Assembly: GCA_000165425.1 (NCBI GenBank)
Contig: CT868030.1
Location: 124,001-188,000, forward strand
Length of the DNA: 64,000 nucleotides
From: Paramecium tetraurelia
Taxonomy: Eukaryota
Direction: 5' to 3'
Below, piece after piece: positions 28,227 through 41,998 of this stretch. Both the position numbers and the translations under genes were made by a program. The notes under the pieces are model-generated. The model was not told where the DNA came from. It did not search any database and saw only the letters and a program-made list of their open reading frames with translations. The stretch's first letter is position 1, and each line of letters begins with the position of its first letter.

Positions 28227-29811
28227 TCAGAAACAGCAATCTTGTATTCCTAATTGCTTTATAATCAAGTTTTACAACTTAAGGGACTCTTCCATTTATA
28301 CATCATTTTACAACTTCAAATAGAGATTTCTAAATTTTTTGCTCTTTCTAATGTATTTCCATCTATTAAGTGGGTATTAAAATGCTTCAATTAAATGACA
28401 AGTTGTCGATTTCGTTTAATTGGTTGTGATATGGATTAGTCTGTTAAATGATTATTGTAAATCGCACAGCAAAGATGAACTTGTCAACTTTGAAAATTTA
28501 TGTTTTTTCTTAAGTACATTTTTTCTATTAAGACTTTCCTTAAATAATTGCTAAGAAGTGTAATTAATGATCCTGATTATAGGATTGAATAGAAAAATTA
28601 CTATGCAAGAGGTAATGATAAGAGATGAAAACATATATAGAATAAAACCTAAAATGGTTGCTATAAATATTTTGTTTAATTCTTCTTTGAAAGTATAAAA
28701 CATATTCTCAAATTCCATTTGATATTTACTTAGTTTGCTCTGCCTAATGTTTATAAGTATATTTTTACATAATCAAAATCAATCCTGCCTCTTTTATATT
28801 TTTTGTGCTTATAAGTTCTTCTTCTTATTCGGAAACAGTTTTTCTACATAAATAGCCATAATCCTTCCATACTTTAGAATTGCAATTACTTTATGTTTCT
28901 TTGCCTTCTGCCTAATTTATTATCTACTAAAAGTCTTCATAATCCAAACTAGTGATGTTCTAGTCATATATATTTGAATTTTCAGTCACATTTAAAGAAC
29001 TTAGTAATATTCTACCTTTAGGATTAATTATGGTAAAACTAACCTAATCGTCTGAATAATTAAATTAGCTGAAATTGACATGAGAAGCTATCACTCCATC
29101 CAAGGACTTGTTAATATTTAATAAGCTTTTGGTTTAAGCTATCATTAATAATTTCCAAGTCCAATGTATATGAGGTTCACTAAAATAAGTTTAATCATTA
29201 TTATTATTATGCGAAGCCACTTGTTCTAAATGTTGCACATACCAGATTCTCTCTTGAGGATTGTAATCTGGTGATAAAAAGAATCCAGGCCAAACTGTCA
29301 AAAAATGAATATCATTCGAAGAGGCAATCATAATATCAAAATCTTAATCTATCATAAGCACAGACTATGTCAAAAATGCACATAGATCTTTGAGATTGTA
29401 TAGGATTCTGTTAGATTTTGTATCTTTATAGATCATATAACAAAAAGAAGCACTGTAAGTATAATCATCCATTAACGTTAAATCATTAAGACATGGTATG
29501 GGTTATTAAAAAGTGCTTTGATTGATTTACTGAGTCACTTGATACAGGGCATTTACCTTGACAATCTATTATTGACTTCTAAATAAAGTTTATTTCACAC
29601 GGTGTATATTATGTGACATCATTACATTTGTCCATTTTCCAAATTACTTTTAAAAGACATGTTCTGATGTTTCCATATAAAACTCTGAAATGTAATACAT
29701 AAACGAATAAGTCGAAAGGGCAATTAAACCAATTGCAAAACTTGAGATTACGAATTAAATCATGCATATTTGAGTTCGCAAATGCCAATCTTTCCAAAAT
29801 TATTTGGTCAT
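28227..29811 (-). CDS. Membrane protein with extracellular Cache (dCache-like) domain
   Basis: N-terminal TM (FVISSFAIGLIALSTYSFM), Cache-type motifs WPG..YNPQERIWY and FSEPHIHWTWKLLMIAQTK..GVIA, second TM ~28600-28670, short cytoplasmic tail. Confidence 0.72.
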
Positions 29812-30029
29812 TGTATTAAAAAAATTATAAAAATTTCTTTACAAATAATTATGTTTGATTTGCAAATAAAACTCATGAACTTTACTCAATTATAACTATG
29901 AGTGCATTCAACAATATCCTATTTTATTTATAACTTTTAATTTACAACGATGCGAATGTTTATACTTCGAGATGATTTTAATAATTGTAATCTATAAATA
30001 ATCGATATAAGTAATGCAAACACAAATAT

Positions 30030-32113
30030 TCAATTTTCAAAAAAAGTCCAATCCTCGAGTTTATTTTTGGTGCTAATTTTGCTAAAAGTAATTTTTCTTG
30101 GGTCTTGTGGCCTATGAAAAACGAGAGGTTTAGGAGGTTATAATTTTTTATTATAACAATCCTGCCAATCAATATCATTGAACCAAGGATGATTCTTAAT
30201 TTCCTTAGCATCCTCTTTACATCCCAAACGTTTTTTAGGATCTCTAATTAATAATTTAATTATAATATCCTTGGCTTCTTAACTTAAACTTTTTGGAATT
30301 CTTAATGGAGCTTTCTTAATATTTTCTTTGAGCACTTCCTTTTCAGAATCATAGTAAGGAGGAGCCCCAACTAGTAATTCATAAATTAGTATCCCCAACA
30401 TGTACCAATCAACTTATCTACCATGGCCCTTTTTCATTAACATTTCTGGTGCTAAATAGGCTAAAGTCCCACAAAAAGATTGATTCAAAATTTCCTCATC
30501 TATTCCTGATTTGGAAAGCCCGAAATCAGTCAATAGAGCATGGCCATCAGCATCTAAAACAACATTTTCAGGTTTTAGGTCTCTGAATATAATTCCTTAG
30601 GAATGCAATTCTTCGAGAGCCAAAGTAATTTCTGCAGCAAATATCTTAACAACAGCTTCAGGATAAGAATTCAATAACTCCAAATGAGTTGCTAAGTCTC
30701 CTCCTGAACATAGATCCATTACAAGGTATAAGTGATCGGAAGTTTAAAAAGCCCAATTTAATTTTACTATAAATGGATGATTCATCATTTTTAAAACATC
30801 TTTTTCAATTTGAGCCGACTTCATAATATTAGAAGTATTAATATCTTCCTTTTTTAAAATCTTCATAGCATAATATTTTTTTGGCAATTAACCAATCTTT
30901 TCAACTAAATAGACTTCACCAAACCCCCCTTCGCCTAATTTTTAATAAAATTAGAATGATTGTGGTCCTATCCGATTTTATTCTATTTCTGAAAGTGCAC
31001 TTAAGTTGTTTCCCTTGATTGGCACTCTATAAAATGAAGCAGCTAGATTAACAATCTTATTCCAAGCAGATCTAGTGTCACTTACAATAATCGAGACTCT
31101 TTAATCATTATTAGGTTCTGCAGTGTTAGCTGATGGTTTCTTAGATCGCTTCTAAGTTAGCTTTAATATTCTTTCAACATGGTCCCTCCTACTATTCTGC
31201 AATATTAAATTCTATTCTTTTATTACTGTTCGAGTATAAGTAAAATTGTTTAAAGATATTCCATATCTATTGAACACCTCAATTATATTAATATCTGAAG
31301 CCAACTCTATAGGAGTTAAGCTTTGGTTATTCTTTGATTCATGATTGCCATTTTTCTCTAATAAAATTTAACAAACTTTTTCATTTCCATACTTCGAGGC
31401 TATGTGTAAAGGAGTGTTTAAGTCTGAGTCTTATTCATCCAAGTTAGCTCCATAATTTATCAACAATTCGCAAATTTCAGAGTTATTCTTTATAGATGCT
31501 ATATGCAATGGAGATTTTTTATCTAAAGATAACGATTTTGGGTTTGCTTCTTTATTTAGTAAGAATTGCACTATCTCTAAGTTGTTTTACTAACAAGCAA
31601 AGTGCAGTGGAGTCCAATCATCATAATCTCTACACATGTGATCAATTTATACTTAATGTTAATATCAATGTAGACATCAGATTAACTAAGTAATTCAATG
31701 ACTTTATCCTTGTCATTATGCTGCACACACTAGAGTAATTAATCACTAATCTCTCTACTCTATTTCCAATAGTTTTTCCAAGCCACTTCCTTTAAATCGA
31801 AAACTGGAACTTCCAAATTTTCCAAATTCCTACAATCAAACTAAAGTCCAGTGTCTTTATTTAAAATCAAAAACTTGCGATTATCTTCACTAATTTTATC
31901 CACTGACCTTGGTTACTCCTATTAATATGCTTTTTAAAAAGCATCATAACATTCTTGTGAAAATCTAATTAGAATTCATTATTACTATTAGATATTTGGA
32001 ATAGCAAATTCATTCTATTCAACTAAATCGAACTCATCTAATGATTCAGATACTTGATGAAACCTTTTTAATTTTTGCTAGAGTTAATTTCACATTATTA
32101 CTTCTTTAGACAT
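30030..32113 (-). CDS. Ankyrin-repeat AGC-group Ser/Thr protein kinase
   Basis: Ankyrin repeats ([21 protein letters not shown]); kinase motifs [51 protein letters not shown] tail HPWFNDIDW...EDWTF. Confidence 0.93.
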
Positions 32114-32297
32114 AATGATAATATATTAAATTTCAAGAGAAATAAAGTTATTTAATTTTAATTTGCTATTCAAATTATAAACTTATGAATTACCAAATTG
32201 ATATTGTCATGAATATTTGCTCATAATTAAGGAACAATTGTTGAAAGTGAAAAATTTATAAATAACTAGATGAATTTTACAATAAAACATATATAAT

Positions 32298-35034
32298 TCA
32301 ATTTTATTAATCCTATATTTTAGTAGTTAACCCTTTGGCAGTAGAGCGAGCAGCCATCTAATTAAATTTAAATTTATACATTTTATGAAGCCATCATGAC
32401 AGATTTTTAAGATGGACTTGTAGTCATCCTACCAAGAGCATCTTATTGGGACTTTCTCTTCAATTCCTCTATTTCTCTTTATTTAGAGGCTACCTCATCA
32501 AACTTTTTATTTAATTATTATTCCATATTGCCTAATTGTCTATTTTTAGTTTCCATATCATCATTCCTAATAATGAAACATCAATATTTACAATCTCTAA
32601 ATTTCCCTCTTCTATTTAATGACTAATTCACTATTCTATGCATCTCTTTGCTCAATATCCTTTAATTAATTCAATGTTCTTTGTTACTCTCTTTTCAAGT
32701 TCTCTAATTCAGTGCTCATATTATCATTTTCTTTCTTCTTATTTACTAACTATTATTGAATATCTTAAAAATTAGATTTGTATGATGATAATTCATCTTA
32801 CAAGTGATAGATTTCCTTACTATTTGCTTATTATTGTGTTTCCAATTTATTGATTAGTTATTCTTGATCCATCGATTTATTTTTATATTGTTCTGCTTCC
32901 TTTTTTATTTAATCATAGTCAGACAAAGGAACATTATTTTATTTAAACTATCTTTTCCACTAATCCATCTCTTAAATCTTAGCCTCTCTATCTTATCTAG
33001 TTTCCTCTAATTCATCATTTAATTCATTGACATCTTTGGTTAATTTTTAATTTTAAGCATATTGATCTTCAAGTTAATTTTAAAGTTCTGCGATCTATGT
33101 CTCATTGTTCATTAATTACTCTTCATTTTGAAGAATAGTTGATTAATTCTCCTCAATTTATTTATTAAAGTTAACAATTTGTTCCTATTGTTTTCTTATT
33201 TATTCAGTAGTTGTAATAGTTAATGATTTCAAATCCTTTTCTAATTTTTCCCTTTCTACAGACAGTTTCTGAATTTAGCATTATTATTAATAACTTTGAT
33301 CATCTAGTTCTTGGATTCTAGATCTTTACTATGACAACTTTTCAAAGATAATTTTGATTTACTATTCTAATTCATTTTTCTCATTGACAAATTAAACTCT
33401 TTAGCTTTCTAAGATATCATCTCTTTCTCTAACATCACTTGATAGTCTATCCACTTCCACTTAATATTCTTTTAACTTTTGTTACAAATCAGACATCTGA
33501 TTCTTTTATATTCTAAGAGTAGTTTAGTTATAAGTTTTCTCTTTGTTCAATTGAATACTTAAATTTTCAGACATTGTTGATTTTTGTAATAATTCTTATC
33601 TTGTTTCTTCTAGTTATTATGATAAGGCATAATTCTATTCTTCAATTCCAGCAATCTTCACTTATAAGGATTTAACATTAGATTCACTCATAAGTTTTTC
33701 TTATAACTATTTAAAACTTTAATTTTAATGCTCGTTCTCCATTCTTTCAATTTCTTAAGTCAATTCAGCAATCCTTTGCTCATTCAACTATTGTACTTAT
33801 TGGAATTCTTGTTCTTTTTATCTCAATATTCCTTTACTTCTTTCCATCATTCTTTGTTCAAAATCCCCTCTTGTTTATTTGAAATCATCTAATTAAGACT
33901 TATATAATTGTAATGCCTACTCAGTCTAAAGCAAGCGTTGTTAGAGGATAATACATTATTCAGAAGATTAATTTGTATTAAGTGATAAGTCTTTTATTTT
34001 TTTGTCCTTTTCAGTCAAATCCTACTCTTGCTATTGATTTGAATGGGACAATCTCGCAATTTCTTTCTATTAGACTTGGTTAATTGATTTTAATTCTTAT
34101 AGCTATTTCCAAATATCCTGATTTTGTTATGTTAAATTTTGAATGGATTACTCATGTTGTTAATATAATTTGCTCGTTTGTTCCTCAGCTTATTAATCTT
34201 TGCTTTGAACTATGTTGGTAATACTTTCCTCATATTGTTTTTCCAATCTGATGTATTTCTCTTTAGAAATATCTAAATCAGTAGTCACTCTGCTGAGTTC
34301 TATATGAAGTTATTCTATTTTTTTCAGGAGGAGCTATTCTTACAATTCTTTATCAGCTATAATCTGCTTCTCAATGTTGGATTATTTGTGGAGTGATTCG
34401 ATCTATTGCTTTTGTTCGCTTATTTTAATTAAAAATTCTTAAATTTATTATTTACAATCTAAAAGTTATTCCTATGTCTATTTTTCCAAATGTTCATTCT
34501 CTTTCAGTCTCTCAGTCTGCAATTTACTAAAGTTATCGTATTGTTGCTTTTGATCTTGTAATTTTTAATTCATTTCTATTATATACTTATTCATTAATGA
34601 CTGTTAGAGCTATTCATATTATTCTCTAAGTTTAAACGCAAATGTATTACTTGAGGTTTTCAAGGGAAGATTAATATTATTTGTTCTATTAGGCTAACTT
34701 CTACTTGTTGAGTTCGTTCTCTTGAAGTTTAAATTATAGATCTCCCTTAAGCAATTCATTTTCTTTCAAAAGTCTAAGATACTCATTGTCTTGTGTTTCC
34801 TTCATCTGATTCTGAAGGTGTAGGTTCTTATTTGCCTTTTCTAGTTCCAAGAGGGTCTCATCCAGTTAGGACTACAATTCTACAATTATAATCTGGATTG
34901 TTACTTGCATTTATCTTATCCATTTGCAATAGTTTTTCCTTATACTTTAGATCTTGTAATTTGAGGCTCTATTCAGATTGCATACGAGTTTTTGACAGAG
35001 GAGACACAGAAGGTCTATTTGGTGAATGATCCAT
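32298..35034 (-). CDS. Long coiled-coil protein (~900 aa)
   Basis: MDHSPNRPSVSPLSK... continuous E/Q/K/L-rich frame on minus strand; 3' tiny intron ~32348-32369; TGA at 32298. Confidence 0.75.
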
Positions 35035-35299
35035 ACGGTTAAAATATTTTGAAAAATTATCGTAAAAAATGTATATGGAAAATTGATATAAGGCTTATAC
35101 ACAATGACTAAATAAGTGGAATTAGACATCATCATATATAGATATTAATTAATCGAATTTGGATAATAACTCAATTATTAGTTAGGAATATCCAAATATC
35201 CTAGAGCATTTTACTTAAGATTGTCAATTTATTTTAATAATAATAAGCAATTCACTTATGTAATTATAATCAATAAGGAATAAAATCGAATTGGGCTGT

Positions 35300-36049
35300 T
35301 CACATCGAATTCAACAATTTTTATTCAAGTAATTTGATTGTCTCAATCTAGTAATAATTTATTGATATAAATACATATTATTTAATTTATTACTCTTAAC
35401 TTTAAATTATTTTACTAGTTTGTTCTTCTACTAACAGTCTATTTTTTTTCTCTTCAGCCAACTATTTCTGCAATTAAGCATCAACATGGATGGAAGGGTG
35501 ATAATTATTAGAGGAAGTATTTAGTTCCGAAGATAAGATTTTCATTAAATTATCGCAATTGTCGTTCAATTGATTTTGCCATTGTTGCAAAAGGCCTGAG
35601 TTAATTTATGTTAATTTTTTATGGGTCATTTGTTCCCCAATGAATCTGAGATTTTTGAGAATTTTTTTGATTTAATCATCTCTAGGACTTCTCAATGTAA
35701 TACTCACATCTCCGAGATCATCACTAGTATCCGGATTTTTTTATTTGGCTTACTGAATATTTTGAGAAACATTGTTGCTTTCTAATTTAGACAATTAAGA
35801 GAGAGTATTAAAATGATATTTGGTTTTAAATGGAGTTGCTTTGTTAGGAGAGTTTGGAGTTTCTGCTCTAAAGGTTTGGAATTCACAGGTGGTTTTAGAT
35901 GCCTTGTACTGTTGAAATTTTTATTTTGCTTTAGTTGATAGCAATTAAGAAATGATAGAGCTCTGTTTGGAGAACATTCCAATGGAGACTTTCTGATTGC
36001 AGATACCACCAGATTTGCTTGTTTTGCTTGAGTTTTTGCTGCTTAACAT
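35300..36049 (-). CDS. Hypothetical protein with C-terminal coiled coil
   Basis: MLSSKNSSK...ETPNSPNK...QLAEEKKNRLLVEEQTSKII; one 3' tiny intron; TGA at 35300. Confidence 0.65.
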
Positions 36050-36089
36050 ATTAATATTTATATTTTGTTGTTTTAATTGTTGTAAAATG

Positions 36090-37093
36090 TCATAAGTATT
36101 TGTTGATTTCTACATTCTCCCATTTCGAACATGGATAAATATGTTTTATTTTTTCATATCTGAACTTCTCAATGATTTTGCATATGGTGGAATTCTCAAC
36201 CTCTACTTCGTATTCCTATCCTTTTGCTTAAACCTAATTAAATCCAATTTAAGCTTAAAAGTAATACCTTTCTGCGATCAAATGAAAAGATTAGAGTACC
36301 AGATCTATTCTTGACTTTATGAGCAATAAGATCATAGAAGCTGAGTTTATGAGGCAGAATCATTCCATTCGCAACTATGATCAAATCTTCTGGACTAAAC
36401 TCAGTCAGCTAATATTCCATAATGACAAACACATACAAATCCAAAATCTCTAATGATCTCTCGTCTAGCCATTTCCAGGAATTCCAAGATCGTCATCTTC
36501 TTTTTGATTCTCAAAGATTTTGAACCTGTTGAGGCATCCCAATATTGAAATTAAATATCAATAAGAGAATCCTTTTATGATTCGACTTCCTTCTAGTATT
36601 ATTCTAAACATTATGTGTATCCATTGCATACCTGCCAATTGTCTGGTCATCTCTTCGATTTTCCGTTCTCTGTTCATGTCTGGTAAATAGGTGGTATCTA
36701 CGTGTTCATTTTTCCCATAGCTCTTCTGAAGACTACCCTCATCATCTAAATCAAAGGACAATAATGTAGTCTTCTTCTGATATTCTTCTTTTCGCTTTTA
36801 TTTGAGTTCCAATTTTCTTTTAGTTTCCTCCTCCTGTTTTTGCTTCATGTCCTGCATCACAAGATTATCAATATTCTCCCTTTTCCTCTTGAATTCCTCG
36901 CGAGTAACCAGACCAACAGTTTTTTGTTTAAATTCATCTTCCAAAAAGTCTTTATTGGATTAACCAAAACGCTCCTAATCACAGAGATTTCAATTATCCT
37001 TACTTTCATGTTAGTTGGGGCCCTCTTCAACGACATCATTTCTTAGTCCTTTTTCAACTTCTCAATCTCATTAATGTCAATGTCTTTATACAT
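36090..37093 (-). CDS. XAP5/FAM50 family nuclear protein
   Basis: KTVGLVTREEFKRKRE, LSFDLDDE, YGKNEHVDTTYLPDMNRE, QYWDAS, LPHKLSFYDLI, C-terminal YEKIKHIYPCSKWE. Confidence 0.9.
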
Positions 37094-37111
37094 TTAATAT
37101 TTATATATAAA

Positions 37112-37671
37112 TCAGTGATTAATGCAATGTTTAGTAGGCAACCCCATAGATAATAATTGTATACATTATTAACACTTAGATTTGCCTCCCTTATTCTCCT
37201 TTTGCAAACTGCTTTTTACTACTCTAACGGGTGAACCTTTCTTCTTCTTCGACCCCAATTACTATCTTACTTCAGCCTTAATCTGATGAATGTTGACTCT
37301 AGTTAATGGTTATGAAATTACATTTCAAGTGCTTTATGGCTAGACTTCAATTTGGCATTCTTCTCAATTTCCTTGGTCTTTTACTCAAATCGTATTCTCG
37401 CCTTTACTTCATTCAGATCCTCTTAAGTGAACAATTGCGACTGCACTTTGATATTCTCAGTTTGCTGTTTGTTATCTTCTATTTAAGAAAATCTTCTTGT
37501 CATTAATGATCGTTTACTCGACTATGTGTAGCGAGCCCAACGATCGATAGTTTTGCATTCTTCCATGCTGTTATCCTATGGTTATTGCTTCTACAGTAGT
37601 TCATCGAAATCATTGAGAATAGCATTCAAGGATAGCATACTTTGTTTCTCCGTTATAATTTTCTTATTCAT
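37112..37671 (-). CDS. Small hypothetical protein with C-terminal CxxC...CxxH motif
   Basis: MNKKIITEKQSML... one tiny intron; ends KCQQCIQLLSMGLPTKHCINH*. Confidence 0.7.
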
Positions 37672-37678
37672 TAATTAA

Positions 37679-38676
37679 ATGCACAATAATACACAAGCTC
37701 AAATAGTAACAACAGCACAGAATGCTCGTTTATTAGAATTGGTGTAGAATAGCAGAAAATTGGTTCATGAAGGATAAATCTAAATTTGTTATATGCCCGA
37801 TGCTAAGATCTATTTTGTGATGATCAACACCTATTGTCAAACCATCTTTCCTAGCACTCCTTGGGTTATACTTAAGTCTGATAAAGGGTATTCCCTTCTG
37901 TACCCAAATGCCACTGCTGGTAATAGTTTCAGTACTATATAGGATTGAATGGAATTTTCATTCAAAAAGGACAAGATGGAGATTTCTTTTTAAATACACT
38001 TCAACAATTAGTGCAAATAATTCCCTTTGAGAATGCCATCCAAATACCTTAATTCAAACAAAGCATACAACTACATTGCAAAGATATTGACATCAACCCA
38101 TTGGAGAATAGTACTGTGGCTGTGGGTTATATAAAGGCTGGAGGAGAGTAAGATTTGTACCTGATATATTATTAAGGGCTTTGAAAGAAGGCTTCAGTTG
38201 GTTAGGGGATAAGATAGCCAAAGGAGTGGCAGCAGGGGGAGAATATATCAATTCAAAAGTGGAGAAAAAGGAAGATGTTGAAGTCAAACCAGAAACCAAA
38301 GTTAAAGTGGAGATTGCCAAGTCTAAGTTCTCAGAGACAGTTGATGTTACTGGGGCATATCTGAAATAGTTATTCACTCCAGTTGTATAAAAAGGGTCAG
38401 AAATAAAGCAGGATATTAACAAATAGATTGATACTTCAGATAGTTAAGGTAAGCAATAGTCCTATCAATATTTAAGGATTGAAGGAGGGTCGAGAAATAT
38501 TTGTGGCTAGTTGGGATGCAATGGGAACTGCTTTGACTGGTCTAGGCTCAGCATTGTCAAAAATTGGTGATTAAATTGGAACAAACACTAGAGTTATAGT
38601 TGAGAAGAAGTATGGATAGGATGTCTCTGAAACATATTTGGGTCCAAAGCCACAATAATAATAATAATAATAATGA
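37679..38676 (+). CDS. Senescence/spartin-associated domain protein
   Basis: GFSWLGDKIAKGVAAGGEYI, KVEIAK, IVEKKYGQDV resemble the Senescence (spartin C-terminal) domain; ends in CAA(TAA)6 polyQ then TGA. Confidence 0.7.
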
Positions 38677-38699
38677 TTTGCACAATAAATTTATTACTT

Positions 38700-39126
38700 T
38701 CATTCTTCTGCTGCTGCTTATTTGGCTTTCCAATCTTTCTCTTATTGTAAGGCATAATCAATAGTTCTCTAATTTAAATATTAACATCTTTACCTTCTTA
38801 TTGTTGAATTAGTAAACCCAAAGCCATGGATAATAACAAAGGCCAAAAATCACAAAGGAATCTAGATCTCTAATTTGATTATTTACTTGCAAAAATGTAA
38901 ATCTACCAAGCCCAAGGATTGTCAGCCACATTTCTACCTAGAAATCTCCAGAGGGCCTTCACTTTTGGATCACTATTCAAACGAGACACTACCTAGGGTT
39001 TTCTTACTGCTATAATTCTCATTTCTTACCGAAGGAAGGCTTTACTGTTTATTAGTAGGGTATAGTCTTGAACCATTGAGGAGTGTAATCCTTAACATTG
39101 TTGTAGATGAGACGACCGTACACCAT
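38700..39126 (-). CDS. Small single-TM mitochondrial protein, probable complex III QCR9-like subunit
   Basis: MVYGRLIYNNVKDYTPQWFKTIPY...NPWAWQIYIFANSFVIFGLCYYPWLWVYQFNNKKRTIDYAL; three tiny introns; function is from recalled similarity to a ciliate complex III subunit, not verified. Confidence 0.55.
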
Positions 39127-39152
39127 ATCTAATTAATATTAATTTAATTTAT

Positions 39153-39986
39153 ATGATTGACATCCAAATAATCAAAGAAGGCATCGGAGACACTCCTAGA
39201 TTGCATGAGGAAGTTTTCTGTACTTTTCACATCCTTAAATTTTAGTCTTTTTTATTGCTCATAATCATAAAGGAGAATTACTCACCAACTCACAACACAC
39301 TGCTACTAAAACCATCATTGGAAGAGGATGGTTGTAACCTGAAGTTGAAGAAGCTCTGAGCAAAATGAAGTAAGGGGAACGCAGTCTCATTAAGATTTAT
39401 CATTCACCTGCTACCAAAGTAATTCTATTGTTATTTTAGGAATTTTATGATCAATATGAAATCGAGATTATAAGAATAGGGAGAAAGAAGAATAACCCAT
39501 GGCATCTAGAAGGGGAGGAGGTCTATGATAAAGCATTGGAATTAAAAGGATTAGGAAATGCTGATATCAAATAATAAAAATATCTAGAAGCCCAAAATAA
39601 ATATTTGGAATCATTAAATTTAATAAAAACAGAGTATTGTGATAGAGAATTAGAATTATCAGGATAATTAAGATCTAATCTGTCTCTTACGCATTTGAAA
39701 AATAAATAATTCGAATTATGCATCAAATAGGCTACTACAGTTTTATAAGCACAACCAGAAAATGTTAAATTACTCCACAGAAGAGCTGTGGCCTCAATTT
39801 AAATAGATGATTTTGATAGGGCTAAGTAAATCATATTAAAATTATAGATCTGACTTGAAATTGGCCAATCAATTAGATCCTTAAAATGAGGAAGTAATTA
39901 AAGAATTACAGAGTATTGGTGAGAAGGAGAAGTAGATTAAAAAGAAATAGTAGGACAGAGCAAAGAAAATGCTTTTTGGAGAATGA
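39153..39986 (+). CDS. FKBP-like domain plus TPR repeats (FKBP4/5-type co-chaperone architecture)
   Basis: IIKEGIGDTP, IGRG..EVEEALSKMKQGERS, YEIEII; TPR motifs ALELKGLGN, NLSLTHLK, PENVKLLHRRA, LDPQNEEV. Confidence 0.8.
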
Positions 39987-40447
39987 ATCATTATTAATAA
40001 TATGTTGATATTAATACTTTTTACAATATTGTTATAATCATAGTGATTTTGGATAAACTTAATTTGGTTCATTTATATTGACTCTAAAAAGTATTCAATT
40101 ATTATGATGATTCTTATTAAATTCTCATAATCCATCTAGATTATTAGTAGAATTATAAGAATAATTTCATTTGATTTCTTTTTTGTAATATAATATGAGC
40201 ATTCATCACTACCTATAATTATTAGCTTAGATATTACTATCACAAATGAATAAAATATAAATTATATTAAATAAAATCATTATTTTGCAAATAGTTATAT
40301 TAGAATTATGAATGTGCGATGGAATGACCCAATAACAATTGTCCTTCAAAATTTTGGTTGATGTACTTAAAACTTTGGTTTGATCTGACAATTAATTGGC
40401 GCCATTTCGAGAGTTAATGTATTGAATTATTTTAATTACAAAAATAA

Positions 40448-41887
<1,440 letters not shown>

Positions 41888-41998
41888 GCTTAAAATTACA
41901 TATATATATACTATATGAAATAATTAATGCGTCATTAAATATCAAACTGTACGTGTATAAAAATTAGATGCAATTGCTGTTGATTTTACAATTAATTA

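Noticed and set aside
38656..38673. (TAA)6 run that looks like a stop-codon array or microsatellite
   Set aside because: It is an in-frame polyglutamine tail in the ciliate code, followed by TGA.
40330..40410. Short inverted repeat AATTGTC...GACAATT with CTGA, and a TGGCGCCA palindrome upstream of PARG (snoRNA or E2F-like site)
   Set aside because: No box C at the expected position; motifs are too short to support from a single occurrence.
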